Positions 48,958-59,233 of a DNA stretch of 64,000 nucleotides are shown here, in pieces (the first letter of the stretch is position 1; the number at the start of each line of letters is the position of its first letter). This DNA comes from Longimicrobiales bacterium (GTDB lineage Bacteria; Gemmatimonadota; Gemmatimonadetes; Longimicrobiales; Gaopeijiaceae): contig OZ250165.1 in assembly GCA_965238005.1 (NCBI GenBank), forward strand, positions 3,264,001 through 3,328,000, given 5' to 3'. A program made the translations under genes and the position numbers. The notes below the pieces were generated by a model. The model saw only the letters and a list, made by a program, of their open reading frames with translations. It had not been told where the DNA came from and ran no database searches.

Positions 48958-49106
48958 AAGATCGCGTAAATGAAGGGAGCGACGGCGCTACCCTCGGCCA
49001 ATACGATCAAGAGCCCGAGCAGCATCATGAAGATCAGGAGGGGGGCGAGCCAGAACTTCTTTCGGGCCCTCAAGAAGGTCCAGAACTCGACGAGGAAATC
49101 GATCAT
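48954..49106 (-). CDS. DUF5989/SxtK-like 50-aa membrane protein (not in ORF track)
   Basis: MIDFLVEFWTFLRARKKFWLAPLLIFMMLLGLLIVLAEGSAVAPFIYAIF. Confidence 0.9.
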   Translation of the reverse strand: MIDFLVEFWTFLRARKKFWLAPLLIFMMLLGLLIVLAEGSAVAPFIYAIF

Positions 49107-49119
49107 CGGTTACAGGCCA

Positions 49120-49545
49120 CTAGAACTGGCGCTCCATGGTCTCCGGCTCCGGGCCCGGGGGATCGCGGTCGATCCAGTAGGTGGCGTCGCCCGGTGTGAA
49201 CTCGAGTCGGAGGGGCCGGAACCCGCGAAGCCGCAGCAGGAAGCCCAAGGGCACGAAGGCGAGAACGAAGAGGAGGAACAACACGACCGGCGTGATGACC
49301 CTTCCCAGGAGGATTCCCAGTCGCGTCCATGCGGAATTGAGGGGCCGAAGCACCTGAGGCACCAGCAGGGCCGTCACGCCGAATACGACGGCGAATCCCA
49401 CCATCCACCCGGCCACCTGAGCCCACTCCTCCGCCTTCCACCACGCCAGGGCCGTCAGGGCCAGGGCCATGACGATCCCGAAGCCCCGCTCCGACGAGCG
49501 AGCGGGTTCGAACCTGGATTGGAAGTCTTCGTGATGGGATGCCAT
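49120..49545 (-). CDS. SxtJ-family membrane protein
   Basis: SERGFG, L.PLN.AW..LG..LG, TYWI.R, MERQF. Confidence 0.88.
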   Translation of the reverse strand: MASHHEDFQSRFEPARSSERGFGIVMALALTALAWWKAEEWAQVAGWMVGFAVVFGVTALLVPQVLRPLNSAWTRLGILLGRVITPVVLFLLFVLAFVPLGFLLRLRGFRPLRLEFTPGDATYWIDRDPPGPEPETMERQF

Positions 49546-49580
49546 GCGAGCCTATTCGTATGGCTCGAGGGTGAGGCGGT

Positions 49581-49796
49581 CTAGACCTCGGCCAACTTGA
49601 CCGGAGGCGCCTTGGTGACTCTCCCGCCTTTGATGCAGGTCGTGCAGACCCGCACGCGACGCCGGTCGCCCTCCGGGGTCACGATCTTCACGGTCTGCAG
49701 GTTGGGAAGCCAACGCCGCTTCGTCTTGTTGTGGGCGTGACTCACGTTGTTCCCTGTCGCTGGCCGCTTGCCGCACATGTAACACACTCGAGCCAT
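49581..49796 (-). CDS. rpmB: 50S ribosomal protein L28
   Basis: [10 protein letters not shown]...[20 protein letters not shown]. Confidence 0.97.
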   Translation of the reverse strand: MARVCYMCGKRPATGNNVSHAHNKTKRRWLPNLQTVKIVTPEGDRRRVRVCTTCIKGGRVTKAPPVKLAEV

Positions 49797-49824
49797 AGTT
49801 CTATATACCCTCGGGCTCAGCCCG

Positions 49825-50367
49825 TCAGTTATCTCCACCGCCGTCGCCGCCGCCGGCCATGACGACCACCGCCTCCAGGAACGACTGTGCGAAGGCCGCC
49901 AGAATCCTGTCGTCTTCCGTGATGGCACCGGTGGCCACCCAGTCGTCCGCCACACTATCGCTCATGGCGTAGACCCTGCCGACCACCGAAACCCGCGAGC
50001 CGCTCGGGACCGATACGCCGTCCTCCACGACCCGCGCTCCCATCTTGATGAGGTACTGACCCGGATGGTTGGGCATCGCCACGAAGAAGGCCTGGGAGCC
50101 CACTGCGCCCTCCACCGACAGGTCGTTGATGCGGACGACGCCGTTGCTGTGCGCCATGGGGTCGGACCCGAACACGGCCGCCTCCACCACGCGAGCCGAG
50201 TCGAGCGACTCCGAGTCGCCGGAGGTGTCCTCGACAACCGCGACTTCTATGTCCGCCGCCTTCATGTTCAGCCACGCCAGAAAGCCGCCCACGATGACGA
50301 AGGCCGATATCATCAGAACGAGAGGTCCTCTGTCAGAGGCGCCTTTTCGGGACCCGAACGATGCCAT
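49825..50367 (-). CDS. Hypothetical membrane-anchored protein
   Basis: One N-terminal TM helix and a soluble beta-rich domain; lies between rplQ and rpmB. Confidence 0.7.
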   Translation of the reverse strand: MASFGSRKGASDRGPLVLMISAFVIVGGFLAWLNMKAADIEVAVVEDTSGDSESLDSARVVEAAVFGSDPMAHSNGVVRINDLSVEGAVGSQAFFVAMPNHPGQYLIKMGARVVEDGVSVPSGSRVSVVGRVYAMSDSVADDWVATGAITEDDRILAAFAQSFLEAVVVMAGGGDGGGDN

Positions 50368-50422
50368 TCTGTGCTGTACTCCCAGCTCTTGGTCAATACG
50401 AGACATTCGAGGTCCCGCCAGT

Positions 50423-50776
50423 CTAATCGACCAACTCGATCAGCGCCATCTCTGCGGCGTCCCCACGACGACTCCCCAACTTGAGGATGCGGGTGTATCC
50501 GCCCGGCCGTTCGGTGAACCGCGGGCCGATGTCGTCGAAGAGCTTGCCGAGGACCGCACGGTCTGCGATCTGGCGACCGGCCAGACGGCGGGCGTGCAGG
50601 TCACCCCTCTTGCCCAGAGTGATGAGCCGCTCGGCGAAGGGACGGAGCTCCTTGGCCTTGGCTGTCGTCGTCTCGATTCGCTCGTGCTGGAAGAGGGACG
50701 TAGCCATGTTGCGGAGCGTCGCCTTCCTGTGACTCGCGGTCCGGGAGAGGGCCCGGCCCTTCTTCCGATGCCTCAT
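50423..50776 (-). CDS. rplQ: 50S ribosomal protein L17
   Basis: MRHRK..., RPGGYTRI. Confidence 0.98.
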   Translation of the reverse strand: MRHRKKGRALSRTASHRKATLRNMATSLFQHERIETTTAKAKELRPFAERLITLGKRGDLHARRLAGRQIADRAVLGKLFDDIGPRFTERPGGYTRILKLGSRRGDAAEMALIELVD

Positions 50777-50784
50777 GATGAGCC

Positions 50785-51843
50785 TTACTCCTCGCTGGCC
50801 TCGGCCGGCTCGACCAGATCCTCGTCCACGAGGAAGAGCTGGCCATCGTCGCCCTCCCTGAGGCTCATGCCGAACCGGAGGCCGTGCTCGTCCAGGAAGT
50901 CGGAGATCTCCTTGAGCGACTTCTTACCGAAGTTCTCGATCCCCAGCATCTCGTCCTCGGAGCGCTGAACGAGGTCGCCCAGAGTCCGGATGTTCTCCTT
51001 CTGCAATGAGTTACGGGACCGAACGCTGAGCTCGGCCAGATCCTCGATTGGCCGGTCGAACAGATCGCGCAGTCGGTCGGGGACCTCCACGGCGCCCGGA
51101 GGCGTCAGCTGTGGCATTCCACCCTCACCGAAGTAGAGCATGAATTCGAGGTGCTTCCGAACCAGCTCCGCAGCGTAACGAACGGCCCACTCCGGATCGA
51201 CCGATCCGTCGGTCTCGACGAAGAGCGTCAGCCGATCGAAGTCGGTGCGCTGCCCGACCCGCGTCTCCTCCACCGCGAAGTTGGCACGCAGGACCGGGTT
51301 GTAGATCGAGTCGATGCGAACCATGTCCACGGGCGCGCCCCAGGGCGGCTCGTGCTGGCTCGCGAGAACGAAGCCCCGCCCCTTGTTAACGTGCAGCTCG
51401 ATGTTGAGCTTGCGCTTGTCCTGCACGGTCATCAGGTGATGATCCGGATCGTAGATCGTCACTCCCGCCGCCGGCGTGATCTCGGCCGCCGTCACGGGAC
51501 CCGCCCCGGTCACGCGGATCGCGAGGGTCGCCTCGTCGATATCGTCGTCCAGTGTGACGACCAGGGCCTTGAGGTTCTGGATGACCTGGTGGACGTCTTC
51601 CACCACGCCCTGGATGGTCTGGTGCTCGTGCACCACACCGTCGATCCGGAACGCCCACACGGCCGCCCCACGTAGCGACGAGAGGAGCACCCTGCGAACC
51701 GAGTTGCCGAGGGTGTGTCCGAAGCCGCGCTCGAGAGGCTCGATCACGAACTCGGCCGAGTGCCCGTCCTCCGAGGTCCCGGCGACCTCGATCCGCTCGG
51801 GGAGTACCAATCCGGTTAGATCTATCTGCACTGAAGACTCCAT
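50785..51843 (-). CDS. rpoA: RNA polymerase alpha subunit
   Basis: [35 protein letters not shown]. Confidence 0.98.
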   Translation of the reverse strand: MESSVQIDLTGLVLPERIEVAGTSEDGHSAEFVIEPLERGFGHTLGNSVRRVLLSSLRGAAVWAFRIDGVVHEHQTIQGVVEDVHQVIQNLKALVVTLDDDIDEATLAIRVTGAGPVTAAEITPAAGVTIYDPDHHLMTVQDKRKLNIELHVNKGRGFVLASQHEPPWGAPVDMVRIDSIYNPVLRANFAVEETRVGQRTDFDRLTLFVETDGSVDPEWAVRYAAELVRKHLEFMLYFGEGGMPQLTPPGAVEVPDRLRDLFDRPIEDLAELSVRSRNSLQKENIRTLGDLVQRSEDEMLGIENFGKKSLKEISDFLDEHGLRFGMSLREGDDGQLFLVDEDLVEPAEASEE

Positions 51844-52478
51844 TACTTCGAGTAAAGCTCCACGATGAGCTGTTCCTGGACCGCCAGCGGAATGTCCTGA
51901 CGGGTGGGACGACGGGTGACGCGGCCGACGCGATTCTTCTCGTCCAGCGCGAGCCACTCCACGAGAGCGGGGCGGGTCCGGGCTTCGAGGCTCGCCTGTA
52001 CCGACGCCAGGTCCCTGGACTTGGGTCGTATGGCCACTTCGTCGCCGGAGCCTACCTGATAGGACGGAACGTCCACGACGCGCCCGTTCACCTCCACGTG
52101 GCGATGCCGGACGACCTGCCGGGCGGCGCTTCGGCTCGGTGCGAATCCCATCCGGAAGATCACGTTGTCCAGACGGGACTCGAGGGAGATGAGCATGTTC
52201 TCCCCCGTGATGCCATCACGGGCGGAGGCGCGCTCGAAGAGAGTCCGGAACGGGCGCTCGTGGAGCCCGTAGATCCTCTTGACCTTCTGCTTCTCACGGA
52301 GTTGGACGGCGTAGTCGGACTGCTTGCGCCGCCGTGCATGGGCCGGGCCGTGCTGACCCGGAGGGTACGCGCGCCGCTCTATGGCGCACTTCTCCGTGTA
52401 GCACTTCTGTCCCTTCAGAAAGAGCTTCTGCCCCTCACGCCTGCAGAGCTTGCAAACTGGTCCCGTGTATCGTGCCAT
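51843..52478 (-). CDS. rpsD: 30S ribosomal protein S4
   Basis: MARYTGPVCKLCRREG; LESRLDN. Confidence 0.98.
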   Translation of the reverse strand: MARYTGPVCKLCRREGQKLFLKGQKCYTEKCAIERRAYPPGQHGPAHARRRKQSDYAVQLREKQKVKRIYGLHERPFRTLFERASARDGITGENMLISLESRLDNVIFRMGFAPSRSAARQVVRHRHVEVNGRVVDVPSYQVGSGDEVAIRPKSRDLASVQASLEARTRPALVEWLALDEKNRVGRVTRRPTRQDIPLAVQEQLIVELYSK

Positions 52479-52489
52479 GCTGTTCTCTG

Positions 52490-52879
52490 CTAGACCCGGC
52501 GCTTCTTGGGCGGGCGGCATCCGTTGTGGGGAAGCGGGGTCACATCCTGAATGGCCTTGATCTGCAGTCCCGCGGCCGAAAGGGCCTGGATGGCCGACTC
52601 ACGCCCGGAGCCAGGCCCCTGCACTCGGACGTTCACGCGCTTCACCCCCATCGCCACCGCCTCGCGCCCGCACTGCTCGGCGGCCACCGTAGCGGCGAAG
52701 GGCGTCGACTTCTTGGAGCCCTTGAAGCCGGCCTTGCCGGCGCTGCCCCACACGATGGTGTTGCCTGCGTTGTCGGTGATCGTGACGAGCGTGTTGTTGA
52801 ACGTCGCTTTGATGTGGGCGACCCCCTCCGCCTCTACGATCTTCTTGCTGCGCCTACGCGGCGACGTTGCTTCGGCCAC
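52490..52879 (-). CDS. rpsK: 30S ribosomal protein S11
   Basis: FNNT, STPFAA, PHNGCRP. Confidence 0.98.
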   Translation of the reverse strand: MAEATSPRRRSKKIVEAEGVAHIKATFNNTLVTITDNAGNTIVWGSAGKAGFKGSKKSTPFAATVAAEQCGREAVAMGVKRVNVRVQGPGSGRESAIQALSAAGLQIKAIQDVTPLPHNGCRPPKKRRV

Positions 52880-52951
52880 TCGCTACCGTCCTTCGTGTCT
52901 TGATCGAACCCGTCTTGATCGAAAGCGTTTCTCTATTCTCGATGCGCTCGA

Positions 52952-53332
52952 CTACTTCTTCGGCGCCCTCTTCTTGCCTGCGATAGCCCGTCGCTGACCC
53001 TTGTGGGTCCGGGCGTTCGTGTGGGTGCGCTGTCCGCGTACCGGCAGGCCCCGGCGATGCCTGAGGCCCCGATAGCACCCGATGTCCATGAGCCGCTTGA
53101 TGTTCATGGAGACTTCGGTTCGGAGGGCACCCTCTACCTTGTAGTTGCCTTCGATCTCTCGACGCAGTTGGTTCACGTCGTCGTCGGTGAGATCGACGGT
53201 ACGGCGGTCCGGATCGACACCCGTATTATCGAGAATCACCTGCGACCGGGACGCCCCGATGCCGTAGATGTAGGTCAGCGCGACCTCTATCCTCTTGTTC
53301 TTCGGGAGATCAACACCTGCGATGCGTGCCAT
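52952..53332 (-). CDS. rpsM: 30S ribosomal protein S13
   Basis: [21 protein letters not shown]. Confidence 0.98.
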   Translation of the reverse strand: MARIAGVDLPKNKRIEVALTYIYGIGASRSQVILDNTGVDPDRRTVDLTDDDVNQLRREIEGNYKVEGALRTEVSMNIKRLMDIGCYRGLRHRRGLPVRGQRTHTNARTHKGQRRAIAGKKRAPKK

Positions 53333-53453
53333 ACCACCGTCTCTTCAACTCGTGATCGGAAAGGTGCGCGACTGAGGCGTACTCACGGTACGCGCCGCAG
53401 GGAGCGCGCTCTGAAGCCCGACACCGCCTCGCGCCGCTATGGGCCGCACGAGG

Positions 53454-53570
53454 CTATCCTTGGCGTTGTTTGTGCTTGGGATTGCGCGAACAAATGATCC
53501 TCACCACACCCCGGCGACGGATCACTTTACAGTGCTCGCAAATCGGTTTTACGCTGCTACGGACCTTCAT
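53454..53570 (-). CDS. rpmJ: 50S ribosomal protein L36 (not in ORF track)
   Basis: [38 protein letters not shown]. Confidence 0.97.
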   Translation of the reverse strand: MKVRSSVKPICEHCKVIRRRGVVRIICSRNPKHKQRQG

Positions 53571-53608
53571 TTTTCATGCCTTTACGTGCGTTTCTAGCAG
53601 AGCTTATT

Positions 53609-53637
53609 ATAATAATGAAAGGCTCCCTGCCCTTCAA
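53609..53637 (-). promoter_or_regulatory. Putative sigma70 promoter for rpmJ and the alpha operon
   Basis: TTGAAG-17 nt-TATTAT in an AT-rich patch, ~40 bp upstream of rpmJ. Confidence 0.6.
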
Positions 53638-53672
53638 GGTATTCCAGGGGTCTTCGACGTCTCGTGTCACGC

Positions 53673-54443
53673 TCAGGCCGGCGTCTCCACGGGAGCCGCG
53701 GTCAGGATGCGCGGCCCGTTGGCCGTCACGGCTACGGTATGCTCGAAATGGGCCGACCTGGTTCCGTCCCGAGTCACGACGGTCCAGCGATCCTCGAGCG
53801 TCCTGATGTTCTCGGTTCCCAATGCGAGCATGGGCTCGATGGCGAGGACCATGCCCTCCCGGAGGAGAGGGCCCACACCCGGGCGTCCCAGGTTCGAGAC
53901 TTGAGGCTCTTCGTGGACTTCCCGGCCCACACCGTGGCCCACGAGATCCCGGATTATGTGCAGTCCCGTCCCCTCGACCCGCGCCATGACGGCAGCACCG
54001 ATGTCACCAACGTGGTTTTCCTTCACGGCTGCAGTGATGGCCACATGGAGAGCCTCTTCCGTCACGGCGAGGAGGTGACGGCCCTGCTCGTCCAGCTCTC
54101 CCACCGGGAAGGTCCAGGCCGAGTCGGAGCACCAGCCGTCCAGCTTCACCCCGACGTCGATAGAGACGATGTCACCCTCCGCCAGCATCCGGTTCGCCTT
54201 GGGGATTCCGTGAACCACCTCTTCGTTCAACGAGATGCAGACGCTCCCAGCGAAGCCGTAGAGCCCCTTGAACGCCGGCTCGGCACCGTCGTAGGAGCGG
54301 ATGAAGTCGTCGGCGAACACGTCCAGCTCCAGCGTCGATACACCGGGAACGATGCGAGGCTGTATCTCGACGAGGAAGTCGGCGATGATGGCCCCTCCGC
54401 GGGCGATCACCTCGATCTCTTCGGGGGTCTTGAGGTGGATCAT
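53673..54443 (-). CDS. map: Methionine aminopeptidase type I
   Basis: VVHGIP, GHGVG..HEEP, AIEPM, AHFEHT. Confidence 0.97.
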   Translation of the reverse strand: MIHLKTPEEIEVIARGGAIIADFLVEIQPRIVPGVSTLELDVFADDFIRSYDGAEPAFKGLYGFAGSVCISLNEEVVHGIPKANRMLAEGDIVSIDVGVKLDGWCSDSAWTFPVGELDEQGRHLLAVTEEALHVAITAAVKENHVGDIGAAVMARVEGTGLHIIRDLVGHGVGREVHEEPQVSNLGRPGVGPLLREGMVLAIEPMLALGTENIRTLEDRWTVVTRDGTRSAHFEHTVAVTANGPRILTAAPVETPA

Positions 54444-55093
54444 CGGGCCAGCCCCAAGGCGACGACCACGGCCGCGTGCACAGCCTCTACGCTCTGTTCA
54501 CCGTCCACGTGGTGCACCGGGGCGCCGCTGGCCTCGTAATATTCGATGAGGGGCGCGGTCTGACGCCGGTACACGTCCAGACGATTCTGGACGGTGTCGG
54601 GGTGATCGTCGGTCCGGTGCTGGAGGACAGCGCCATCGTTGTCGCACACGCCGTCCCTGGCAGGCGGGGCCAGGGAGATGTTGTAGACCGCGCCACACTC
54701 CGGGCACGACCGGCGGCCGGCAATCCTCTCGACAAGGGATGCATCCTCCGCCTCGAGCACCACGATGTGATCGATCTTCATGCCCAGCTCACTGAGCATC
54801 ATGCTGAGACCCGACGACTGAGAGCTGGTCCGGGGGAAGCCGTCGAAGACGACGCCCGTGTCGGCGGGCACGATTGCCAGCTTCTCCTTCACCATGGCTA
54901 TCATGACGTTATCCGGGACGAGCGCCCCCGCGTCCATGAAGCGCTGCGCCTCCCGGCCGAGGTCGGTTCCCTGGGCACGGGCCTGGCGGAGCAGGTCGCC
55001 GGTGACCACCCGCTCCCAACCTTGAGCCTCGGCAAGACGGACCCCCTGGGTGCCTTTTCCAACCCCCGGGGGTCCCAAGAAAATGACGTACAT
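54440..55093 (-). CDS. adk: Adenylate kinase
   Basis: GPPGVGKGTQ, DGFPR. Confidence 0.97.
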   Translation of the reverse strand: MYVIFLGPPGVGKGTQGVRLAEAQGWERVVTGDLLRQARAQGTDLGREAQRFMDAGALVPDNVMIAMVKEKLAIVPADTGVVFDGFPRTSSQSSGLSMMLSELGMKIDHIVVLEAEDASLVERIAGRRSCPECGAVYNISLAPPARDGVCDNDGAVLQHRTDDHPDTVQNRLDVYRRQTAPLIEYYEASGAPVHHVDGEQSVEAVHAAVVVALGLAR

Positions 55094-55119
55094 GAGCGTC
55101 GGTCGTCTCTCTGGCCGCG

Positions 55120-56433
55120 CTACAAGTATCGTGAACGACCGCGCATCTTCACACGGCCCTTCTTCATGAACCCGTCGTAGTGGCGGAGCAGCAGGTGCTG
55201 CTGCGCCTGCTGGACGGTGTCCAGTCCCACGCCCACGACGATCAGGAGGCCGGTTCCACCGAAGAAGAACGTCTGGATATTGAAGATGTCGAAGATCCAG
55301 AACGGCACCAGCGCGATCAGCGCCAGATAGATCGACCCCGGAAGCGTGACTCTCGTGAGCACGCGATCGATGTATTCGGCGGTACGGGCTCCCGGCTTCA
55401 CACCCGGTACGAAGGCTCCCTGCTTCTTCAGGTTCTCGGCCAGGTCCACAGGGTTGAAGATGATGGCCGTGTAGAAGTACGTGAAGAAGACGATCAGCAG
55501 CCCGTAAGTGATGTAGTAGACCGTCCCGGGCTGGAAGATGTCGGCGATGGTGTCGAGGAATCCGCCTGTCTGGCCGGCGAACTGGGCGATGGTGCCCGGC
55601 ACGACGATGAAGGACTGGGCGAAGATGATGGGCATGACGCCGGCCGAGTTGACGCGTAGCGGAACGAAGCTCTTCTGCCCCTCCCGGATGCGCCCGCGCC
55701 CCACCACCTTCCGTGGTATCTGAACCGGGATCTTCCTCGCGCCCATGGTCATGGCCACTACGGCCGCGGTGATCGAGATCAGCACCACGATGAGCATCAC
55801 GACCGCGAAGATCTTGATCTGCCCGGCGATGAACGACTCCCAGGTCCTGGCCACGGCCGCCGGGAAGCTCTCGATGATGGAGAAGAAGATCAGGAGCGAC
55901 ATGCCGTTTCCGATCCCGCGCTCCGTGATCTGCTCACCGAGCCACATGACGAAGATGGCGCCCACCGTGAGCGTCACCGTGGTGGTCATGTTGAACAGGA
56001 AGCCGGGGTCCCGGACCGCACCCGTGCTGTTGAGGAAGGCGGCGTAGCTGAACCCCTGGACGGCGCTCAGGACAACCGTAGTGTAACGGGTCCACTGCGT
56101 CAGCTTCTGCCGTCCGTCCTCGCCCTCCTTCTGCATCTTCTCGACGGTCGGGAAGACGGCGGCCAGCAGCTGGAACATGATGCTGGCGGAGATATAGGGC
56201 ATGATGCCCAGGGCAAGGATTGTGGCCCGGCTGAGACCGCCACCCACGAACATGTCGTAGATGCCGAGGATCCCGCCCTGGAGGGCGCCGAACTGCTGTC
56301 GGAGGATCCCCACGTCCACCCCCGGAACGGTGATGTGCGCACCGAACCGGAAGACAAGCATGATGAAGAGCGTAAAGAGGATCTTCTCTTTGAGCTCCGG
56401 AACCCGGAAAAGATTCGGAATCGGGTTAACCAT
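55120..56433 (-). CDS. secY: Preprotein translocase SecY
   Basis: LGIMPYISASI, GIGNG.SL, GGT.LLIVVGV. Confidence 0.98.
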   Translation of the reverse strand: MVNPIPNLFRVPELKEKILFTLFIMLVFRFGAHITVPGVDVGILRQQFGALQGGILGIYDMFVGGGLSRATILALGIMPYISASIMFQLLAAVFPTVEKMQKEGEDGRQKLTQWTRYTTVVLSAVQGFSYAAFLNSTGAVRDPGFLFNMTTTVTLTVGAIFVMWLGEQITERGIGNGMSLLIFFSIIESFPAAVARTWESFIAGQIKIFAVVMLIVVLISITAAVVAMTMGARKIPVQIPRKVVGRGRIREGQKSFVPLRVNSAGVMPIIFAQSFIVVPGTIAQFAGQTGGFLDTIADIFQPGTVYYITYGLLIVFFTYFYTAIIFNPVDLAENLKKQGAFVPGVKPGARTAEYIDRVLTRVTLPGSIYLALIALVPFWIFDIFNIQTFFFGGTGLLIVVGVGLDTVQQAQQHLLLRHYDGFMKKGRVKMRGRSRYL

Positions 56434-56962
56434 CGGTCTCCGCTTCGCCTTCAACATCCCCTGCGGCCGGCTCGTCGGTGGCGGGCTCGGATGCATCGGC
56501 CGCTCCATTGCCCCCGCCGCGAGTCAGGACCGTAGCCGAGCCTCCGGCCACTTCGATCTTGGTCACGGCTCCGCCGCTGAACTTGTGAGCCTCCACGGAG
56601 TAGGCCTGGTTCACCTCGCCCATGGCGAGAATCTTGATCAGCCCCTCTGCGGATCGGATCAACCCCGCTTGCTTCAACACCTCCGCGTTGACCGTGGTCC
56701 CCTCGACACGAGCGAGATCCCCCACATTCACGATCTGGTACACCGTGCGCTTGCGCGGCGTGAACCCCCGCTTCGGGATGCGCCTCTGCAAGGGCATCTG
56801 TCCACCCTCGAATCCCGGACGGACGGAGCCACCACTGCGGGACTTCTGGCCATTCTCTCCGCGACCGGCGGTCTTGCCCTTCCCGGAGCCGGGGCCTCGC
56901 CCCTTCCGCTTCGAGCGGCGATGAGAGCCGCGAGCGGGACGTAGTTCGTGTAGCTCAGCCAT
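56426..56962 (-). CDS. rplO: 50S ribosomal protein L15 (acidic C-terminal tail)
   Basis: GRGPGSGKGKT, FEGGQMPL.RR.PKRGF. Confidence 0.97.
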   Translation of the reverse strand: MAELHELRPARGSHRRSKRKGRGPGSGKGKTAGRGENGQKSRSGGSVRPGFEGGQMPLQRRIPKRGFTPRKRTVYQIVNVGDLARVEGTTVNAEVLKQAGLIRSAEGLIKILAMGEVNQAYSVEAHKFSGGAVTKIEVAGGSATVLTRGGGNGAADASEPATDEPAAGDVEGEAETDG

Positions 56963-56964
56963 TC

Positions 56965-57147
56965 TCAGATCTCTTCCACCTTTACCAGATGCCAAACTTG
57001 CTTCACCATCCCGCGGATGGCGGGTGTGTCGTCATGTACCACCGTCTGCTGGTGCTTCTTGAACCCCAAGGCCTCCAGCGTGCGCCGGTGCTTGAATTTC
57101 CGCCCGACCCCACTCCGGATCTGGACGATGGACAGCTTCTTAGCCAC
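56965..57147 (-). CDS. rpmD: 50S ribosomal protein L30
   Basis: Sequence and position in the spc operon. Confidence 0.96.
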   Translation of the reverse strand: MAKKLSIVQIRSGVGRKFKHRRTLEALGFKKHQQTVVHDDTPAIRGMVKQVWHLVKVEEI

Positions 57148-57670
57148 GATCTCCTCCCAGGATGACCTCCACGGAAACGCCGCGCTCCCGTGCCGCCTGC
57201 TCGGGCGTGACCAGGTTCGTGAGTCCCTCCATGGTGGCTCTCACCACGTTGATCGGGTTGTTGCTCCCGAGGCTCTTGGTGAGGATGTCCTTGATGCCCA
57301 CGGCTTCCAGGACGGAGCGGACCGGCCCACCGGCGATCACGCCCGTTCCGGGCGCCGCAGGACGCAACATGACGCGCCCGGCACCCCAACGACCGATGAT
57401 CTCGTGGGGGATGGTCCCGTTCCGAACGGGGATCTCTACCATCTCTTTCTTGCCGCGCTCGAAGGCCTTGCGGATGGCTTCGGCCACCTCGTTGGCCTTG
57501 GCAAGCCCGATGCCGACACGACCCTTCTGGTCACCGACGGACACGAGTGCGGTGAAGGAGAACCGGCGGCCACCCTTCACGACCTTGGCCACGCGGTTGA
57601 TGTGGATCACGTTTTCGCTGAACTCGGACTCGCGCCCGCGACTCTCTCTACGTCTCTGGTCCCTGGCCAT
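57140..57670 (-). CDS. rpsE: 30S ribosomal protein S5
   Basis: [19 protein letters not shown]. Confidence 0.98.
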   Translation of the reverse strand: MARDQRRRESRGRESEFSENVIHINRVAKVVKGGRRFSFTALVSVGDQKGRVGIGLAKANEVAEAIRKAFERGKKEMVEIPVRNGTIPHEIIGRWGAGRVMLRPAAPGTGVIAGGPVRSVLEAVGIKDILTKSLGSNNPINVVRATMEGLTNLVTPEQAARERGVSVEVILGGDRG

Positions 57671-58050
57671 CAGAACTGCAGCCCTCCCTCCCGGGCGCCC
57701 TCGGCGAAGGCCTTAACACGGCCGTGATACTGGTATCCCCCGCGATCGAACACGACTGCCTCGACTCCCTTGGCCACCGCCCGCTCCCCGAGGAGCTTCC
57801 CGGCCGCCCTGGCGTGCTCGATCCGTGGGTTCGAGCCCTCGGCCTTGAAGCCGGCAAGATCGGGACTGAGCGTGGACAGACCCACCAGCGTGTTGCCGGC
57901 GTCGTCGTCTACGACCTGCCCCTCGAAATTCTTCAGGGAACGGAACACTACGAGCCTCGGACGCTCCGCCGTGCCCCAGATCTTCTTGCGGATCCGGGCG
58001 TGCCTTCGGGCTCGCTGTGTACCTCGAGCCTTGATGACTTTTCTGCTCAT
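57670..58050 (-). CDS. rplR: 50S ribosomal protein L18
   Basis: RPRL.VFRS, FDRGGY.YHGRV. Confidence 0.98.
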   Translation of the reverse strand: MSRKVIKARGTQRARRHARIRKKIWGTAERPRLVVFRSLKNFEGQVVDDDAGNTLVGLSTLSPDLAGFKAEGSNPRIEHARAAGKLLGERAVAKGVEAVVFDRGGYQYHGRVKAFAEGAREGGLQF

Positions 58051-58064
58051 GATCTCGTTCGCTC

Positions 58065-58607
58065 TCAGACGGCGACAGCCGTCTTGCCGGCCTTGCGGCG
58101 GACGTGCTCGCCCTGGTAGCGGATACCCTTCCCCTTGTACGGCTCCGGGGGACGGAAGCCACGAATCTCGGCGGCCGCTTGGCCCACCTTCTGCTTGTCG
58201 ACCCCCGCCACCACGATGGTGGTCGGGTTCGGTACGTCGAGATCCACGCCGTCGGGCGCCGGATAGTCGATCGTGTGCGAGAATCCGAGGGTCAGGACGA
58301 TGCCCGATCCCTTCTTCTCCGCCTTGTATCCTATCCCCTGGATCTCGAGAGTCTTGCTGAACCCGTTGACCACGCCCTCGATCATGTTGGCGATGAGGGT
58401 GCGTGTCAGGCCGTGCAGCGCCCGGTGCCGCGGTTGATCCGAAGGACGTGTCACCCGGAGCGCCCCGTCATCCAGCGTGACCGTGATATCGGGGTGAACG
58501 TCGAAGGTGAGCTGCCCCTTTCCACCCTTCACCTCGATGTTCTGCCCGCTCACGGTCACGTCGACACCTTGCGGCACTTCGATAGGCATTTTACCAATCC
58601 GCGACAT
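58065..58607 (-). CDS. rplF: 50S ribosomal protein L6
   Basis: [14 protein letters not shown]. Confidence 0.98.
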   Translation of the reverse strand: MSRIGKMPIEVPQGVDVTVSGQNIEVKGGKGQLTFDVHPDITVTLDDGALRVTRPSDQPRHRALHGLTRTLIANMIEGVVNGFSKTLEIQGIGYKAEKKGSGIVLTLGFSHTIDYPAPDGVDLDVPNPTTIVVAGVDKQKVGQAAAEIRGFRPPEPYKGKGIRYQGEHVRRKAGKTAVAV

Positions 58608-58621
58608 CGATCTCTATCCCC

Positions 58622-59014
58622 TCACCAGACCAGAGCCATGAGCTCGCCACCCACGCCCTGCTTGCGAGCCACCCGGTCCGACATCAGTCCCTGGGAAGTG
58701 GAGAGGATGGCCATGCCCAGCCCGTTCCGGACCCGAGGAATGTCATCGACGGCCACGTAACGACGGCGACCCGGGCGTGACACCCGTTCCAGGTGCCGGA
58801 TGACGGGGCCCTCTTCGTGGTACTTGAGGTACACGCGGAGAACCCCGAACTTGCCGTCGTCCAAGACCTTGCAGTCGTAGATGAAGTGGTTGTCCTTCAG
58901 TAGGCGGGCCACCTCGGTCTTCAGCTTGGAGACCGGCATATCCACCCACTTGTGCCCCGCGGTTCCGGCGTTCCGGATGCGTGTGAGCATGTCCGCAATG
59001 GGATCCGTCATCAT
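58622..59014 (-). CDS. rpsH: 30S ribosomal protein S8
   Basis: DPIADMLTRIRN. Confidence 0.98.
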   Translation of the reverse strand: MMTDPIADMLTRIRNAGTAGHKWVDMPVSKLKTEVARLLKDNHFIYDCKVLDDGKFGVLRVYLKYHEEGPVIRHLERVSRPGRRRYVAVDDIPRVRNGLGMAILSTSQGLMSDRVARKQGVGGELMALVW

Positions 59015-59029
59015 AGCCGTTTCGATCCT

Positions 59030-59215
59030 TTACCAGCTTGATTTCCGGACGCCCGGGATCTCGCCCATGAGAGCCTTCTGACGGAAACAGATCCGGCAGA
59101 TCCCGAACTTCCGAATGTACGCACGAGGGCGCCCGCAGCGCTGACAGCGATTCCGATGTCGCCCCGGATACTTGGGTTTGCGGTTGTTCCTCTCGATCAA
59201 CGCCTTCCTGGCCAT
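59030..59215 (-). CDS. rpsN: 30S ribosomal protein S14 (type Z, zinc-binding)
   Basis: RCQRCGR...CRICFR. Confidence 0.97.
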   Translation of the reverse strand: MARKALIERNNRKPKYPGRHRNRCQRCGRPRAYIRKFGICRICFRQKALMGEIPGVRKSSW

Positions 59216-59233
59216 CGAACTCCCCCGTCCGTG

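Noticed and set aside
1..49545. Saxitoxin cluster (AOS + PKS + SxtI/J/K-like genes)
   Set aside because: There is no SxtA architecture (MT-GNAT-ACP-AOS) and no amidinotransferase; the two parts are ~40 kb apart and the carbamoyltransferase trio sits in a glycan locus.
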